DNA of 64,000 bases. Origin: an uncultured Spirochaetota bacterium (GTDB lineage Bacteria; Spirochaetota; Spirochaetia; SZUA-6; Fen-1364). Both the position numbers and the translations under genes were made by a program. The notes under the pieces were generated by a model. That model did no database searches, was not told the origin of the DNA, and saw nothing but the letters and a program-made list of their open reading frames with translations. Of this stretch, positions 9,244 to 18,430 are shown one piece after another. The DNA lies in assembly GCA_963845535.1 (NCBI GenBank), contig CAWJSK010000015.1:224001-288000 (forward strand). Direction: 5' to 3'. Within the stretch, counting starts at the first letter, position 1. Every line of letters begins with the position of its first letter.

Positions 9244-10421
9244 GGGGAAGGGCTTCCCGCGGCCGGAAGATCGAGCTCACCCAGGGAAAGCGGATATGTG
9301 CCGTGGCGACGCACCAGCTCGACAACGTACTGGTAGCGCTCCGCCGAGACGTTGCTGGGAACGGAATGGTCGGATTGGAAAATGAAGCCGCCGCCTTTGG
9401 CCGCGTTCAACTTGGTGAGGACGATTGTGCGCAGCTCTTCCAAGGGGACGGTTGCCCATGCCCGCGCGTCCATATTCCCGCAGAATCCCATGCGGTGCCC
9501 GAATCTTCGGCGCAAGTCCACAACGTCCAGCCCTGCTTTGGCCTCCAGGGGGTTGTAGGAGTCCAGGCCCATCTCGATGAAGTCCTCGTAGAGGGCCGAA
9601 GCGTTGCCACAGCCGTGGTAGATCACCGGCAGGCCCGCCTCATGGCAGACGCGGATCTGTTCCCGCACAATGGGCTTGAAGTGGCGTCGCCAGAACTCGG
9701 GGGAGAACAGCATGCCGTTGACGTAGGCCACGTCCCCCCAGATCACCATGCCGTCAAGAAGTCCGCCAGCGGCCTTGATCTGGGCCCGGGTCAGCTCAAT
9801 GACGAACCGGCCCAGCCGTTCGATGAACACGCCCAGCTCGTTCGGGTACAGGCCGATCCAGAGCATCACGTTCTCGGATCCGATGATGCGCCACAGCTCT
9901 TCATGGCCCTCGCAGATGCTCCCGTAGACGGGAAAGTCCGGGTGCAGGCTCTTGACCGTCTCGATCCATGCGGGGGAGTTGCGCGTGAAGCCGTCGCCCA
10001 CGCCCGCCACCTGGTTGTCTCCCGCGGAGAACCACCGGCGGTCGTCCCACGGGTCGTCGAACTGGAACGCTTCCATCTTCTCCAGGGAATCAGTCTCGAA
10101 GGAAACGTAATCCGGCATGGGATCCGCGAACTTCTTGCGGATCACCGCCTCGAAACCCGTGCGGACCACCACCTCCTCCTCGTTCTGGGAGAGCACCGTG
10201 AAGTCCTTCACGTGCGGGTCCATGTTCGGGGTGGTGGCGATCCAGTCCAGGTCATAGTGCTTGTAGATGTCCGCGTCCGCCGGCAGTCCCATCTCCCGCC
10301 TCCAGCGCTCCAGGAAGCTTCCCCAGAAGAAATCGCTTACGGGCACGCGGTCGGCTTCCCGGTGGTGCAGTGCGGCGTCCATGCGCGCCAGCTTTGCGGC
10401 GCAGCTCGTGGTTCTCCTCAC
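9240..10421 (-). CDS. Uroporphyrinogen decarboxylase / MtaA-like family protein
   Basis: 'HREADRVP', 'WGDVAY', 'IYHGCGN', 'YNPLEAKAG', 'GGGFIFQSDHSVP'. Confidence 0.9.
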   Translation of the reverse strand: MRRTTSCAAKLARMDAALHHREADRVPVSDFFWGSFLERWRREMGLPADADIYKHYDLDWIATTPNMDPHVKDFTVLSQNEEEVVVRTGFEAVIRKKFADPMPDYVSFETDSLEKMEAFQFDDPWDDRRWFSAGDNQVAGVGDGFTRNSPAWIETVKSLHPDFPVYGSICEGHEELWRIIGSENVMLWIGLYPNELGVFIERLGRFVIELTRAQIKAAGGLLDGMVIWGDVAYVNGMLFSPEFWRRHFKPIVREQIRVCHEAGLPVIYHGCGNASALYEDFIEMGLDSYNPLEAKAGLDVVDLRRRFGHRMGFCGNMDARAWATVPLEELRTIVLTKLNAAKGGGFIFQSDHSVPSNVSAERYQYVVELVRRHGTYPLSLGELDLPAAGSPSP

Positions 10422-10487
10422 GTGTTTTCCCCCTAAGCCACGGATGGCTGGGGGTCGGCGCGGCCAGGGATGGCCGTGCGCCGACCC

Positions 10488-10811
10488 TTAATCCAGGTGA
10501 AAGACTTCTTCCATGTCAGCCCACCACTCGTCGGGCCCGCGCCTGGCGATGGGGCTCTGCATGGGCTTCGTAATGGCCCACCACTCCTGCGTCTTCGGGT
10601 CCGCGGCCATTTTCGCCATGTCTTCCGCGTAGTTGCTGCCCACGTACTCGAAGTACGCGAAGAGCTGCCCGTCCCTGTGGTAGATCGAGTAGTTACGGAT
10701 GTTGCATTCCGTGATCTTCGCCAGCACCTGCGGCCACACGCGGGCGTGGCAGCGTTTGTATTCCGCGAGCTTCTCCGGCTTGACACCAATAAGCTGCCCG
10801 TATCTCCGCAT
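10488..10811 (-). CDS. rhaM: L-rhamnose mutarotase family protein
   Basis: 'EYKRCHARVWP', 'IRNYSIY', 'LFAYFEY', 'QEWW', 'MEEVFHLD'. Confidence 0.88.
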   Translation of the reverse strand: MRRYGQLIGVKPEKLAEYKRCHARVWPQVLAKITECNIRNYSIYHRDGQLFAYFEYVGSNYAEDMAKMAADPKTQEWWAITKPMQSPIARRGPDEWWADMEEVFHLD

Positions 10812-10839
10812 GGGTTCCTCCTCTCACGCTTCTCCAAAA

Positions 10840-10868
10840 GGAGGCCGCCCCCGGGGGAGGCGGCTTCC
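10840..10868 (-). terminator. GC stem-loop downstream of binding-protein gene (mRNA stabiliser or partial terminator)
   Basis: GGAGGCCGCC...GGCGGCTTCC, followed by TTTT on the minus strand. Confidence 0.55.
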
Positions 10869-10887
10869 CGTCAAAGTGACGCCCCCC

Positions 10888-12093
10888 TTACCACTGGGGC
10901 GGGTAGAACTTCCCGACGTCGGCCGTGGTGATGATGTGCTGGGCAAGGTTCTTGCGGACCGTGAACCCCTTGCCGTTGAACCAATCAGCCGCGGTCTGCG
11001 CGGAGAGCGCGCCGTCGCCTTCTGCCGTCTGGTAGGTGATTCCGAAGAGCTTGCCTGTCTTCACCAGGTCCATGCCCTGCTTCGAGTTGCCTGCCGCCAC
11101 AACAACGACGTCCGTGCGGCCGGCCTTCTCGAGGGCCTGCATGATTCCCAGTGCCTGGCCCGAATCATCTGCTGCGCAAATGCCTTTGAGATCCGTCCCG
11201 TACTTCGTAAGCCAGTCGGAAACGATCTGCATCGTTGCGTTGGCGTCGAAGGTGGCGGGTGCGGGGGAAGCCATGGCCAGGGTCTTTACCTCAGGGGCGT
11301 AGGTGGTGAGCGCGGCGGCCGCGTTGTAGGAGCGCGCGAAGTAGGGCGATCCGCCCGGTGCGTGCTGGACGTAAGCAACGCCAATGCTCTTTGTGCCCGG
11401 GTTCTGCTTGCGGAGCTGGTCGGCCCAGGCTCGGGCAAGAAGGCGGAACTGGCCGAAGTCGTCCGGCCCGGTCCAGCCGAGGGAGTAATTCAGCGCTTCG
11501 TTGTCAGGCAGCGTGTTGAACATGTGCAGGGGGATGCCCGCGGCATTGATCCGGCGAGCCTGCTGGATGCCAGCCTTGGCGTCGAGCGGGATGAGAAGGA
11601 TCATGTCCGGCTTTGCCGCGATGGCCTGGTCGATGAGCTGGTTCTGGACGTTCAAGTCCCAGTTCGGCGAAAGGGCCTTGAAGTTCCACTTGTAGGCATC
11701 CGCCACCTTCTTCGCACCGAGGATGCACGCCGTGGTCCAGGGGTGGTCACCGTGGACGATCATGATGACCGTCTTGCCAATGGCGCCGTCGCCGGGCGAC
11801 TTCGGGAGGTTGGTCGGGGTGACCTTCCAGCCCGCCCACTCCATGTCGTAGAAGTGCATGACATTCGTCATGGGGAGAGCATTCGGGTCCGCGGGCCGGG
11901 CCGGCACACTGGCGGGGGCGGGCGCGGAGGAGACGAGCTGCTGGCCATCGGCGGACTTCAACACTCTCGTGTCGACGGCGAGCGAGGCCTTGAGGTTCGC
12001 CTGCTGGGCGGCCGTCAGCGTCTGGCCGAAGGCCGGCGCAAGGGCAAGCGCCGCAAGGGCAAGCACTACGAGGACGAACTGGAGTCTTTTCAC
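10888..12093 (-). CDS. Sugar ABC transporter substrate-binding protein (type I PBP) with N-terminal extension
   Basis: GTG start at 12093 after AAGGAGG; signal peptide; 'DQAIAAKPDMILLIP', 'GICAADD', 'HIITTADV'. Confidence 0.9.
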   Translation of the reverse strand: MKRLQFVLVVLALAALALAPAFGQTLTAAQQANLKASLAVDTRVLKSADGQQLVSSAPAPASVPARPADPNALPMTNVMHFYDMEWAGWKVTPTNLPKSPGDGAIGKTVIMIVHGDHPWTTACILGAKKVADAYKWNFKALSPNWDLNVQNQLIDQAIAAKPDMILLIPLDAKAGIQQARRINAAGIPLHMFNTLPDNEALNYSLGWTGPDDFGQFRLLARAWADQLRKQNPGTKSIGVAYVQHAPGGSPYFARSYNAAAALTTYAPEVKTLAMASPAPATFDANATMQIVSDWLTKYGTDLKGICAADDSGQALGIMQALEKAGRTDVVVVAAGNSKQGMDLVKTGKLFGITYQTAEGDGALSAQTAADWFNGKGFTVRKNLAQHIITTADVGKFYPPQW

Positions 12094-12175
12094 AAGACTG
12101 CCTCCTTTCGATATGAACACCCGGTCGTCGCCCCTACGGGGCGTTCCGGAAAGGGAACCCTGCGCGCCGCGGGCC

Positions 12176-13225
12176 CTATGCGCCTGCGGTCTTCTTTGCC
12201 TGTGCCGTCAACCGGCGTTCGGCCAGCTCCTTCATGAGCTCGGACCGTTGCCCGAGGTTCTTCTCGTGCCGGTAGACGGCATACGCCTCGTAGAGCACGA
12301 CGTAGGCAAGGATGAGGCCCGCGAAGAATATCTTCACCTCGTTGCCGAGGCCGAAGAGGATGATCCCCGTATAGAGCATCTCGAGGGTCATGATGGCAAC
12401 GACGCTCCGCAGGACGCCTCCCTTGCCTCCCGACATCGCCGTGCCGCCGATGATGGTGGCCGAGATGACGTACATGAGCGAGTTATCGCCAAGGTTGAGC
12501 GTGGCCGAGGTCGAGACGAGGACCGAGACGACCCCGCCGATCGCCGCCGTCGCGCCGGAAAGCACGAAGGCAGCAACGATGGAGCGGTCCGTATTGATGC
12601 CCGCAAGCCAGGCAGTGGCGCGGTTCCCGCCGACGATATAGAAATTGCGCCCCGCCCTGGTGCGCACAAGAATCAGCTCCACGACGACAAGGAGCGCCAG
12701 CGTGATGAGGATGCGCGGAGTGACAAGGGGGAGGAGATTCTTGCTGAGGAAATCCGAGATCGCGAACGCCTGGTCGTTGGAGACGCTGATGGAGTTGCCC
12801 CCCGAGAACTGGTAGACCGTCCCTTGAAGGATGGTCATGGTTCCCAGCGTCACGATAAAAGAGTTGATCTTGGCCTTGGCGACGAGCACACCGTTGAGAA
12901 GGCCGACGAGGGCGCCGCCGACAACGGCCGCCACGATTGCTCCCGGGAAGCCGAGGACGGGCTGGAGGCCGAGGGCGAGCGCGCCGGAGAACGTGACCAC
13001 GCTCCCTATCGAGAGGTCGAGCTGGCCGCAGATCATGACCACCGTGAAGCCGATTGCCGCGGTGGCGTTCAGCGCGATGGCGTTCAGGATGGCGGTGAAG
13101 TTGGAAATGGTGAAGAACCTCGGCGCGAAAAGGGACATGAAGGCGAAAACGACGAGGAGGAGGATATAGATCCTGTACTTGTCCCCGAGCGCGAGGAAGC
13201 TGTTTCGTCCCGCTCTACGCATCAT
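12176..13225 (-). CDS. Sugar ABC transporter permease (RbsC-like)
   Basis: 'GQLDLSIGS', 'SFIVTLG', 'IGGTAMSGGKG'; start moved to ATG 13225. Confidence 0.92.
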   Translation of the reverse strand: MMRRAGRNSFLALGDKYRIYILLLVVFAFMSLFAPRFFTISNFTAILNAIALNATAAIGFTVVMICGQLDLSIGSVVTFSGALALGLQPVLGFPGAIVAAVVGGALVGLLNGVLVAKAKINSFIVTLGTMTILQGTVYQFSGGNSISVSNDQAFAISDFLSKNLLPLVTPRILITLALLVVVELILVRTRAGRNFYIVGGNRATAWLAGINTDRSIVAAFVLSGATAAIGGVVSVLVSTSATLNLGDNSLMYVISATIIGGTAMSGGKGGVLRSVVAIMTLEMLYTGIILFGLGNEVKIFFAGLILAYVVLYEAYAVYRHEKNLGQRSELMKELAERRLTAQAKKTAGA

Positions 13226-14234
13226 CCCTCCCGAGCCGCCTGAGCGACATGGCGTTGACGCCCACCACGATGATGAAGATCGCGCCACGGACCATGTCCT
13301 GGGAGAAGGTGTTGATGCCGATGAGCGTCATGATGTTGTTCAGGATGGCGATGATGAGCGATCCGCCGAGCACGCCCAGGATGGTGCCACGGCCACCCGC
13401 GAGCGTCATGCCTCCGATCACGATGGCCGTGACGGCTTTGAAGTCGTAGCCGGCGCCGTTGTACCAGGCGCCCACACGCGCCAGGGACGTGACCGCCAGG
13501 CCGGCAACGGTCGCGGTGAGGGCGGCGAGCACGAACGAAATCGCGACGGCGCGCTCCACCGCGATGCCGGACAGCTTTGCGGCCCTCGGGGAAGAGCCTG
13601 TCATCTTGAGCTTGATGCCGAATGACGTGCGCGTCAGCACGAACTGGCCAACCACGACCAGCACGAGCAGGATGACGAGCGGCAGGCCTATGAGATTGAA
13701 GAAACGAAGACGATAGATGCTGTCGAAAAGCGCAACGGCGTGCTGTTCGGAGCCGACCATGTCCGGATAGATCTGCTTGTTGACCCATACCAGGCGGATG
13801 ACGCCCATCGTCATGTAGTTCACCGCGAGGGTCCAGATGATGGAGTTGGCCTTGAACTTGCCGACCACGAAGCCGTTCAGGACGCCGATGATCAGGCCAA
13901 CCGCCAGGGAGCCGATGATGGCGACGACGAAGCCGTAGCGGAGGAGCTCAATGCAGATGTAGCCGGTGAATCCCATGGTCGTCGGCGCGGACATGTCGGC
14001 GTAATTGCCCGAGTACGTCACGAAGGCCATGCCGACTGCGACGATGCCGACGAGGGCCGCCGCGTCGACGATGTTGAGCATGTTTTTGGCGGAGAGGAAG
14101 TTGCCAATAGCGCCGGTGGCCTCCAAGAGCGCGCCCAGCGCGAGAAAAAGGACGGCAATGCCGTACACGCCCGCCGTGCTCATGATGCTCGAAAATGAGC
14201 CCGTTCTGACGGCGCGCAGGTCCGCGGTGCTCAT
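13215..14234 (-). CDS. Sugar ABC transporter permease (RbsC-like)
   Basis: Hydrophobic, 'AAKLSGI', 'IVIGGMTLAGGRG'; start ATG 14234 overlaps ATPase stop. Confidence 0.9.
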   Translation of the reverse strand: MSTADLRAVRTGSFSSIMSTAGVYGIAVLFLALGALLEATGAIGNFLSAKNMLNIVDAAALVGIVAVGMAFVTYSGNYADMSAPTTMGFTGYICIELLRYGFVVAIIGSLAVGLIIGVLNGFVVGKFKANSIIWTLAVNYMTMGVIRLVWVNKQIYPDMVGSEQHAVALFDSIYRLRFFNLIGLPLVILLVLVVVGQFVLTRTSFGIKLKMTGSSPRAAKLSGIAVERAVAISFVLAALTATVAGLAVTSLARVGAWYNGAGYDFKAVTAIVIGGMTLAGGRGTILGVLGGSLIIAILNNIMTLIGINTFSQDMVRGAIFIIVVGVNAMSLRRLGRDDA

Positions 14235-15748
14235 GAGACGGCTCCGTGGCCGGTGTCGCCATTGGCGGCAAGGAGAAGGCTCTCTTCGCTGCATTCGCAG
14301 TATTGCATCTCGCGGATGAAGCGCCCCTTGCGCATGATCATCACCCGGTCGGAAAGGCCGACGAGCTCCGGAAGATCCGAGGAGATGAGGAGGACCGTGC
14401 AGCCCTCCCGCGCGAGCTTCTCGATGGAGGCGTGGATGGTCATCTTGGCGCCGATGTCCACGCCCCGCGTCGGCTCATCGAGGATGAGCACCTTTGGCTC
14501 ACGCGCGAGCCACTTCGCGAGGAGGACCTTCTGCTGGTTGCCGCCCGAGAGGTTGCCGACAGGGCGGGAAGGATCAGGCGGGTAGATCGAGAGCTCGTGA
14601 ATAAGGCGGTCCACCGCGGGCTTGCCCCGCGCCTTTGAGTAGACCGCGATCCGGGAAAGCCTGTCGACGATGGCCGAGAGGATGTTGTCATCCACGGGGA
14701 GCCTGATTGCGAGGCCCTCGGTCTTGCGGTCCTCGGTAAGGTAGGAGATGCCCTGCTCGAGGACGTCCGCCATGGATGATCCGCGCACGGGCTTGCCGTC
14801 GAGCTCGATCAAGCCCTCGTCCGCGCGGTCGAGGCCGGCGAGGACCTTGGCGAGCTCGGTGCGCCCCGCCCCGGACAGGCCGCAGATGCCGAGGATCTCG
14901 CCTCGCCGGGCCTCGAGGTCCACTCCGTGGAAGAAGCCGAACCGGGACAGGCCCTTGACGCGCAGCCGCACGTCGCCGATGGAGCGCTCGTCACGGCGGT
15001 AGAACTCCTTGACTGATCTACCCACCATCATCTGGACGATCTCCTCCCGTGTGACCTCGCCGATGGGCCTCGTTTCGATCTTCTTTCCGTCCCGCATGAC
15101 CGTGACGCGGTCAGCAATCCGGAAGATCTCCGGCAGGTGGTGGGAGATGTAGACGATGGCGATGCCGCGGCGCTTCAGGTCTCCGATGATGGCGAACAGG
15201 CGCTCGACTTCTTCCCGCGAGAGGGCGCTGGTGGGTTCATCCATCACGAGGATGGAGGGCTTGTTGCCAAGGACCTTCGCGATCTCCACGAGCTGGGCCT
15301 CGTGCTGGCTGATGTCCTCTATGGGCAGGTTGGGGTCCAGGTCGAGGCCCACGGAGGCCAGGAGCTCCTTTGCCTGGGCGCGGGCACGGGCCTTGTCCAG
15401 CAGGAGCGCCCGCTGAGGCAGCCGGCCGGCCAGGAGATTTTCCGTGATGCTGATGGGCCGCGCGAGGCTCAGCTCCTGGTAGATCATCCCGACGCCGTGG
15501 CGCTTTGCCAGCGTGGGGGAGTGGAGAAGGGCCACCCGGCCGTTGATGGCAATCTCGCCGGTATAGTCGTCGAACGAGCCCGCGAGGATTTTCATCAGGG
15601 TGGATTTGCCCGCGCCGTTCTCTCCCACCAGGGCGTGGACTTCTCCGGCCTTCACCTCGAAGCTTACGTCGTCAACGGCAATGGTGCCGGGGAAACGTTT
15701 GCCCACATGCCTCATCTCGAGCGCTTGCCCGGATGACGGTTCGCTCAC
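14231..15748 (-). CDS. Sugar ABC transporter ATP-binding protein (RbsA/MglA type, two NBDs)
   Basis: GENGAGKST, MDEPT, LSGGNQQK, DEPTRGVDIGAK. Confidence 0.95.
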   Translation of the reverse strand: MSEPSSGQALEMRHVGKRFPGTIAVDDVSFEVKAGEVHALVGENGAGKSTLMKILAGSFDDYTGEIAINGRVALLHSPTLAKRHGVGMIYQELSLARPISITENLLAGRLPQRALLLDKARARAQAKELLASVGLDLDPNLPIEDISQHEAQLVEIAKVLGNKPSILVMDEPTSALSREEVERLFAIIGDLKRRGIAIVYISHHLPEIFRIADRVTVMRDGKKIETRPIGEVTREEIVQMMVGRSVKEFYRRDERSIGDVRLRVKGLSRFGFFHGVDLEARRGEILGICGLSGAGRTELAKVLAGLDRADEGLIELDGKPVRGSSMADVLEQGISYLTEDRKTEGLAIRLPVDDNILSAIVDRLSRIAVYSKARGKPAVDRLIHELSIYPPDPSRPVGNLSGGNQQKVLLAKWLAREPKVLILDEPTRGVDIGAKMTIHASIEKLAREGCTVLLISSDLPELVGLSDRVMIMRKGRFIREMQYCECSEESLLLAANGDTGHGAVS

Positions 15749-15838
15749 GGTGCTCTCCTTGGTGGAAATGGAAATTGGTCAGGAAATCGTATACCCGCCC
15801 TCACCGGCGCCGCAACTTCAAAAACTGTGACTTTCTCT

Positions 15839-17611
15839 CTAAAGAATGGGCGGGCGCGCCGCCGCGCCCTCTTCCCGGCATGCCTTCGACTTCGATTCCG
15901 AGGGGTAGTAGCCCTTGTATTTCTTGAAGAGGGTGTAGAAGTAGTTCACGCTCGTGTAGCCGATCCGGCTGGCGATCTCGCTCGTCTTGAGGGAGGTATA
16001 CCGCAGCAGCTCTTCCGACTTGCGCAGCCGCAGCTCGTTCAGGTAGGTGGTGAAGGACTTGCCCACCGCGCGGTGGAACAGGCGGCCCAGGTACGGAGCG
16101 GAGAGCCCGAACGCGCAGGACAGCACCTTCAGGGAGAGGGGCTCCGCGTAGTTGCGGTTCACGTAGCGCACGGCCCGGTCCGTGATGCTTTCCGTCTGCC
16201 TCTCCCGGGAGAGGATGCGGATCACCTCCTTGGCCAGGCGCTTCATCCACTCCATCGCGTTGCGGGGCGTCTTCTGGTTGAAGAGGTTGCGGTACAGGCT
16301 CTCGTAGTCCCCGAAAATGGCGCGCTCGTCCACGTCGTTGGTCTTCAGGATGTGGATGAGCGTGGAAAGCACCTCGATGCAGAAGCCCCGGAAGAACTCG
16401 GGGCTCATCAGCTCGGAGTCCAGGAGGCTCTGGTAGGCGTCTTCGAAGAAGCGGTCCACCTCCTCCTCGCTGGACTCCCGTACCGCGCGGGCCAGGAGCT
16501 CCAGGGAAACGGAGGAGAACTCGGGTTTCTTCGAGAGGAAGTCCTCCACATTCTTCCGGGTGATGATGTGCTTGGGCAGGTAGACGATGGGCGGGATGTC
16601 CAGGCCGGCGAACCAGTCCGCGGCAATCTTCATGACAAGGGCGCCGTCAGCCTGCGCGGACTGGAACGTGATGGCGTGCAGGCCGCCGTCCTTCACGAGC
16701 TGCATTCCCTTGGGGGTGCTTCCCGCCCCGACACGCACAATATCCTGGCGTCCGGCGGCGCGCACGGCTTCGTTGATCCCGTCCACCAGGATGTCATCGT
16801 CCGGGCTGACGATGCCCCGCAGCTCCCGCCCGTACTGGGCAATCCACGTCTCCACCAGGCGGCGCGCCGCCTGCGGGTCGAAGACGCCCTCGACGCAGGC
16901 CTCCCCCATGGCCAGGCACTTCATGCGGTGCGCCGCCGTGGCCAGCTCCGTTACCACGGACCACGTGCGCGCGTCGTGGCAGGAGGAGCCGGGGATGTGA
17001 CGAATGATCGCGTAGCCGCCCTCGTGCCCCATGAAATCAGCAAACGTGCGCGCCAGCATGCGGAACTGGCCCCAGTCATCCGGCCCGCACCAGGAGATGA
17101 TATAACGGTATGCCTCATCTTCGGGAATGAAGTTGCTGACGATCACGGGCACGCCGCGCGCATGCATCTCCCGGACCCAGGGCGTGCAGGCCGTGGAGCT
17201 GATGGGGACCAGGATGACGAGATCCGGCCTGTCTTCGATGGCGCGCTGGACCTCGCGGTCCTGGCTCTCCTCCGTCATTGCCGCGGTGTAGGTCTGAAGG
17301 CGGGCGCCCACCCGCAGAGCGATCCGCGCAAGCCCTTCGGCGAAGACGACGTGGTAGGGATGGGCGCCAGGCTGGAGGAAGGCGATCCGCTTCCCGCGGG
17401 GTCCGTCGCAGGGAGACTCCGGCATGGGAAGCTTGTCGATGCCCCAGCCTGCATACTCCTCGTCATACCAGTGGCGAGCGTCCTCCCGGGGGTACCGCTC
17501 CGGCCGGTGCGGCCGCAGCGGGATCTCTTTGCTTGGGTTGCTCCAGAATAGAAGGAGCCTGTCGTCGCTGGATACCATACGTGCACGGCGGCGGGAGCGC
17601 CGTTCCGTCAC
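15839..17611 (-). CDS. AraC-family regulator with N-terminal sugar-binding-protein domain
   Basis: About 340-aa PBP-like region with no signal peptide, plus C-terminal AraC HTH 'YVNRNYAEPLSL...YLNELRL...EIASRIGY..VNYFYTLFKKYKGYYPSE'; start may be ATG 17578. Confidence 0.92.
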   Translation of the reverse strand: MTERRSRRRARMVSSDDRLLLFWSNPSKEIPLRPHRPERYPREDARHWYDEEYAGWGIDKLPMPESPCDGPRGKRIAFLQPGAHPYHVVFAEGLARIALRVGARLQTYTAAMTEESQDREVQRAIEDRPDLVILVPISSTACTPWVREMHARGVPVIVSNFIPEDEAYRYIISWCGPDDWGQFRMLARTFADFMGHEGGYAIIRHIPGSSCHDARTWSVVTELATAAHRMKCLAMGEACVEGVFDPQAARRLVETWIAQYGRELRGIVSPDDDILVDGINEAVRAAGRQDIVRVGAGSTPKGMQLVKDGGLHAITFQSAQADGALVMKIAADWFAGLDIPPIVYLPKHIITRKNVEDFLSKKPEFSSVSLELLARAVRESSEEEVDRFFEDAYQSLLDSELMSPEFFRGFCIEVLSTLIHILKTNDVDERAIFGDYESLYRNLFNQKTPRNAMEWMKRLAKEVIRILSRERQTESITDRAVRYVNRNYAEPLSLKVLSCAFGLSAPYLGRLFHRAVGKSFTTYLNELRLRKSEELLRYTSLKTSEIASRIGYTSVNYFYTLFKKYKGYYPSESKSKACREEGAAARPPIL

Positions 17612-17678
17612 TATAGTCCCGTGAGCTGCCGGAGGAAAGGGGGTTCAGAAGCCCTGCACGTCCGCCCGCTCGGCCGAT

Positions 17679-18296
17679 TCACGCCGGGACCTTCCCGATG
17701 ACGCACACGGTGGGGACTGGCTTCATGCGCTTGAGCTCGACTCGAGCTTCCTGAAAACCGCTCGCAATGAGACGCTCGGATATCCTCTCCCCGGCCTTGA
17801 TGGCGTCCGCTTCCGTGGCGCCCTGGTTTCGGGGCTGATGCGCGATTGCGATGATCCCCCCGGGCCGCATTTGCTCGCGCACCTTCGTGAGCGCGGCAAC
17901 CTGATCACTCCAGAACTGAAAGGAGTTGATGTCGAGCACCCTGTCGACAACTCGATCAAGCAGCGGCAAGCGGGACGCGGAAGCGACCATCAATGTGACA
18001 CGGCCTGCCTTTATCAAGTCACGGTTTCTCCGCGAGGCCTGCCCGAACATCAGCGGTGAATGGTCGACTCCAAATACAAAGCCTCCCGTCGCCAGCCGGC
18101 CCAGCATGTGGATGCCGACGCCCGGTCCATACCCGATTTCCAGGACGCAATCCGTCGGTTGCACGTTCAGGAGAGAAACCGCCCAAGCAATGCGCTCGAG
18201 ATTAGAAGTCCGGTGCGACATGATAAATCCGGCCGCCTTTCCCAGGGTCCCGCTCGGACCACCGAACTGAGATGCCAACCTTTTCCTCAACCCCAT
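17679..18296 (-). CDS. Class I SAM-dependent methyltransferase
   Basis: 'VLEIGYGPG', 'FGVDHS', 'MRPGGIIAI'. Confidence 0.9.
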   Translation of the reverse strand: MGLRKRLASQFGGPSGTLGKAAGFIMSHRTSNLERIAWAVSLLNVQPTDCVLEIGYGPGVGIHMLGRLATGGFVFGVDHSPLMFGQASRRNRDLIKAGRVTLMVASASRLPLLDRVVDRVLDINSFQFWSDQVAALTKVREQMRPGGIIAIAHQPRNQGATEADAIKAGERISERLIASGFQEARVELKRMKPVPTVCVIGKVPA

Positions 18297-18430
18297 GCCT
18301 TTTTCCTCCGTGCTCAGGCGCCGTGGGTCGCAGCGCGCCGTTCTTCCTCTGCCAGTAAGGACGTGCTCGGTTGTCGCTTATTGCGTGCGGGATCGGGTTG
18401 CTGCCGTTCGCGGAGATGCTGCGTGGTTTC

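Noticed and set aside
6896..10421. Heme biosynthesis (hemE)
   Set aside because: No other tetrapyrrole genes, no HemE 'RQAGR' motif, HxC-type motif present, sugar-transport context
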